Notes under the pieces: model-generated | What the model was told of the DNA's origin: nothing | What the model saw: only the letters and a program-made list of their open reading frames with translations | Database searches by the model: none | Program-made: the position numbers and the translations under genes | Virus record (IMG/VR): IMGVR_UViG_3300025035_000576 | Coordinates: 1-34,213 of that record | Source of the DNA: a virus | Lineage: Duplodnaviria > Caudoviricetes | Direction: 5' to 3' (one strand) | DNA: 34,213 nt | In this document: piece after piece, positions 34,092 through 34,213 of the stretch | Layout of the letters: every line of letters starts with the position of its first letter | Position numbering within the stretch: the first letter of the stretch is position 1

Positions 34092-34092
34092 T

Positions 34093-34213
34093 ATGAAAAT
34101 AGTCTGGTGCTTTGTCGCGGGGTTTGTGATGTTTCTACTGCCACTTGTGTGGGCGGTAGTAATAGCGTGGGCCTATGGAGCTGATGGTCGTGGTGACCTG
34201 CTAGGAACAGCTT
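34093..34213 (+). CDS. Membrane protein, 3'-truncated by the window end
   Basis: GAGGAG RBS; hydrophobic N-terminus MKIVWCFVAGFVMFLLPLVWAVVIAWAYG. Confidence 0.55.
   Translation, partial: MKIVWCFVAGFVMFLLPLVWAVVIAWAYGADGRGDLLGTA

Noticed and set aside
1-34213. tRNA genes, integrase or att sites, restriction-site avoidance
   Set aside because: No cloverleaf or integrase was recognised by eye. GATC, GAATTC and GGATCC all occur, so there is no obvious avoidance.

Overview
A 34.2-kb segment of a tailed (siphovirus-type) dsDNA phage of a Gram-negative host, inferred from its two-component spanins. Essentially all credible genes are on the + strand. Positions 1-13980 hold the late region: the 3' end of the tape measure gene (one in-frame TAG at 556-558), a lambda-like tail tip (distal tail, DUF1833-type protein, NlpC/P60 protein, and a gpJ-like function apparently spread over three ORFs), an endolysin, an accessory fibre module and the spanins. 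Positions 14099-29980 hold replication, recombination and DNA modification genes: primase-helicase, HTH protein, RuvC-like resolvase, HNH nuclease, SNF2-like helicase, PD-(D/E)XK nuclease, Sak4-like ATPase, SSB, a complete preQ0 pathway (queC-queD-queE-folE), a divergent TGT/DpdA-like TIM-barrel protein, a family A polymerase with a degenerate UDG-like N-terminal domain, an ATP-dependent ligase and a dGTP-diphosphohydrolase-like protein. Positions 30053-34213 hold small early-type genes, including an ArdB/KlcA-like antirestriction protein, a lipoprotein candidate and a hexapeptide-repeat protein. Six near-consensus sigma70 promoters lie in the non-structural part. The best candidate for an undescribed system is the 7-deazaguanine locus with its atypical TGT-like enzyme co-transcribed with the UDG-PolA, ligase and dGTPase. 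All calls come from motif recognition by eye; no searches were run.
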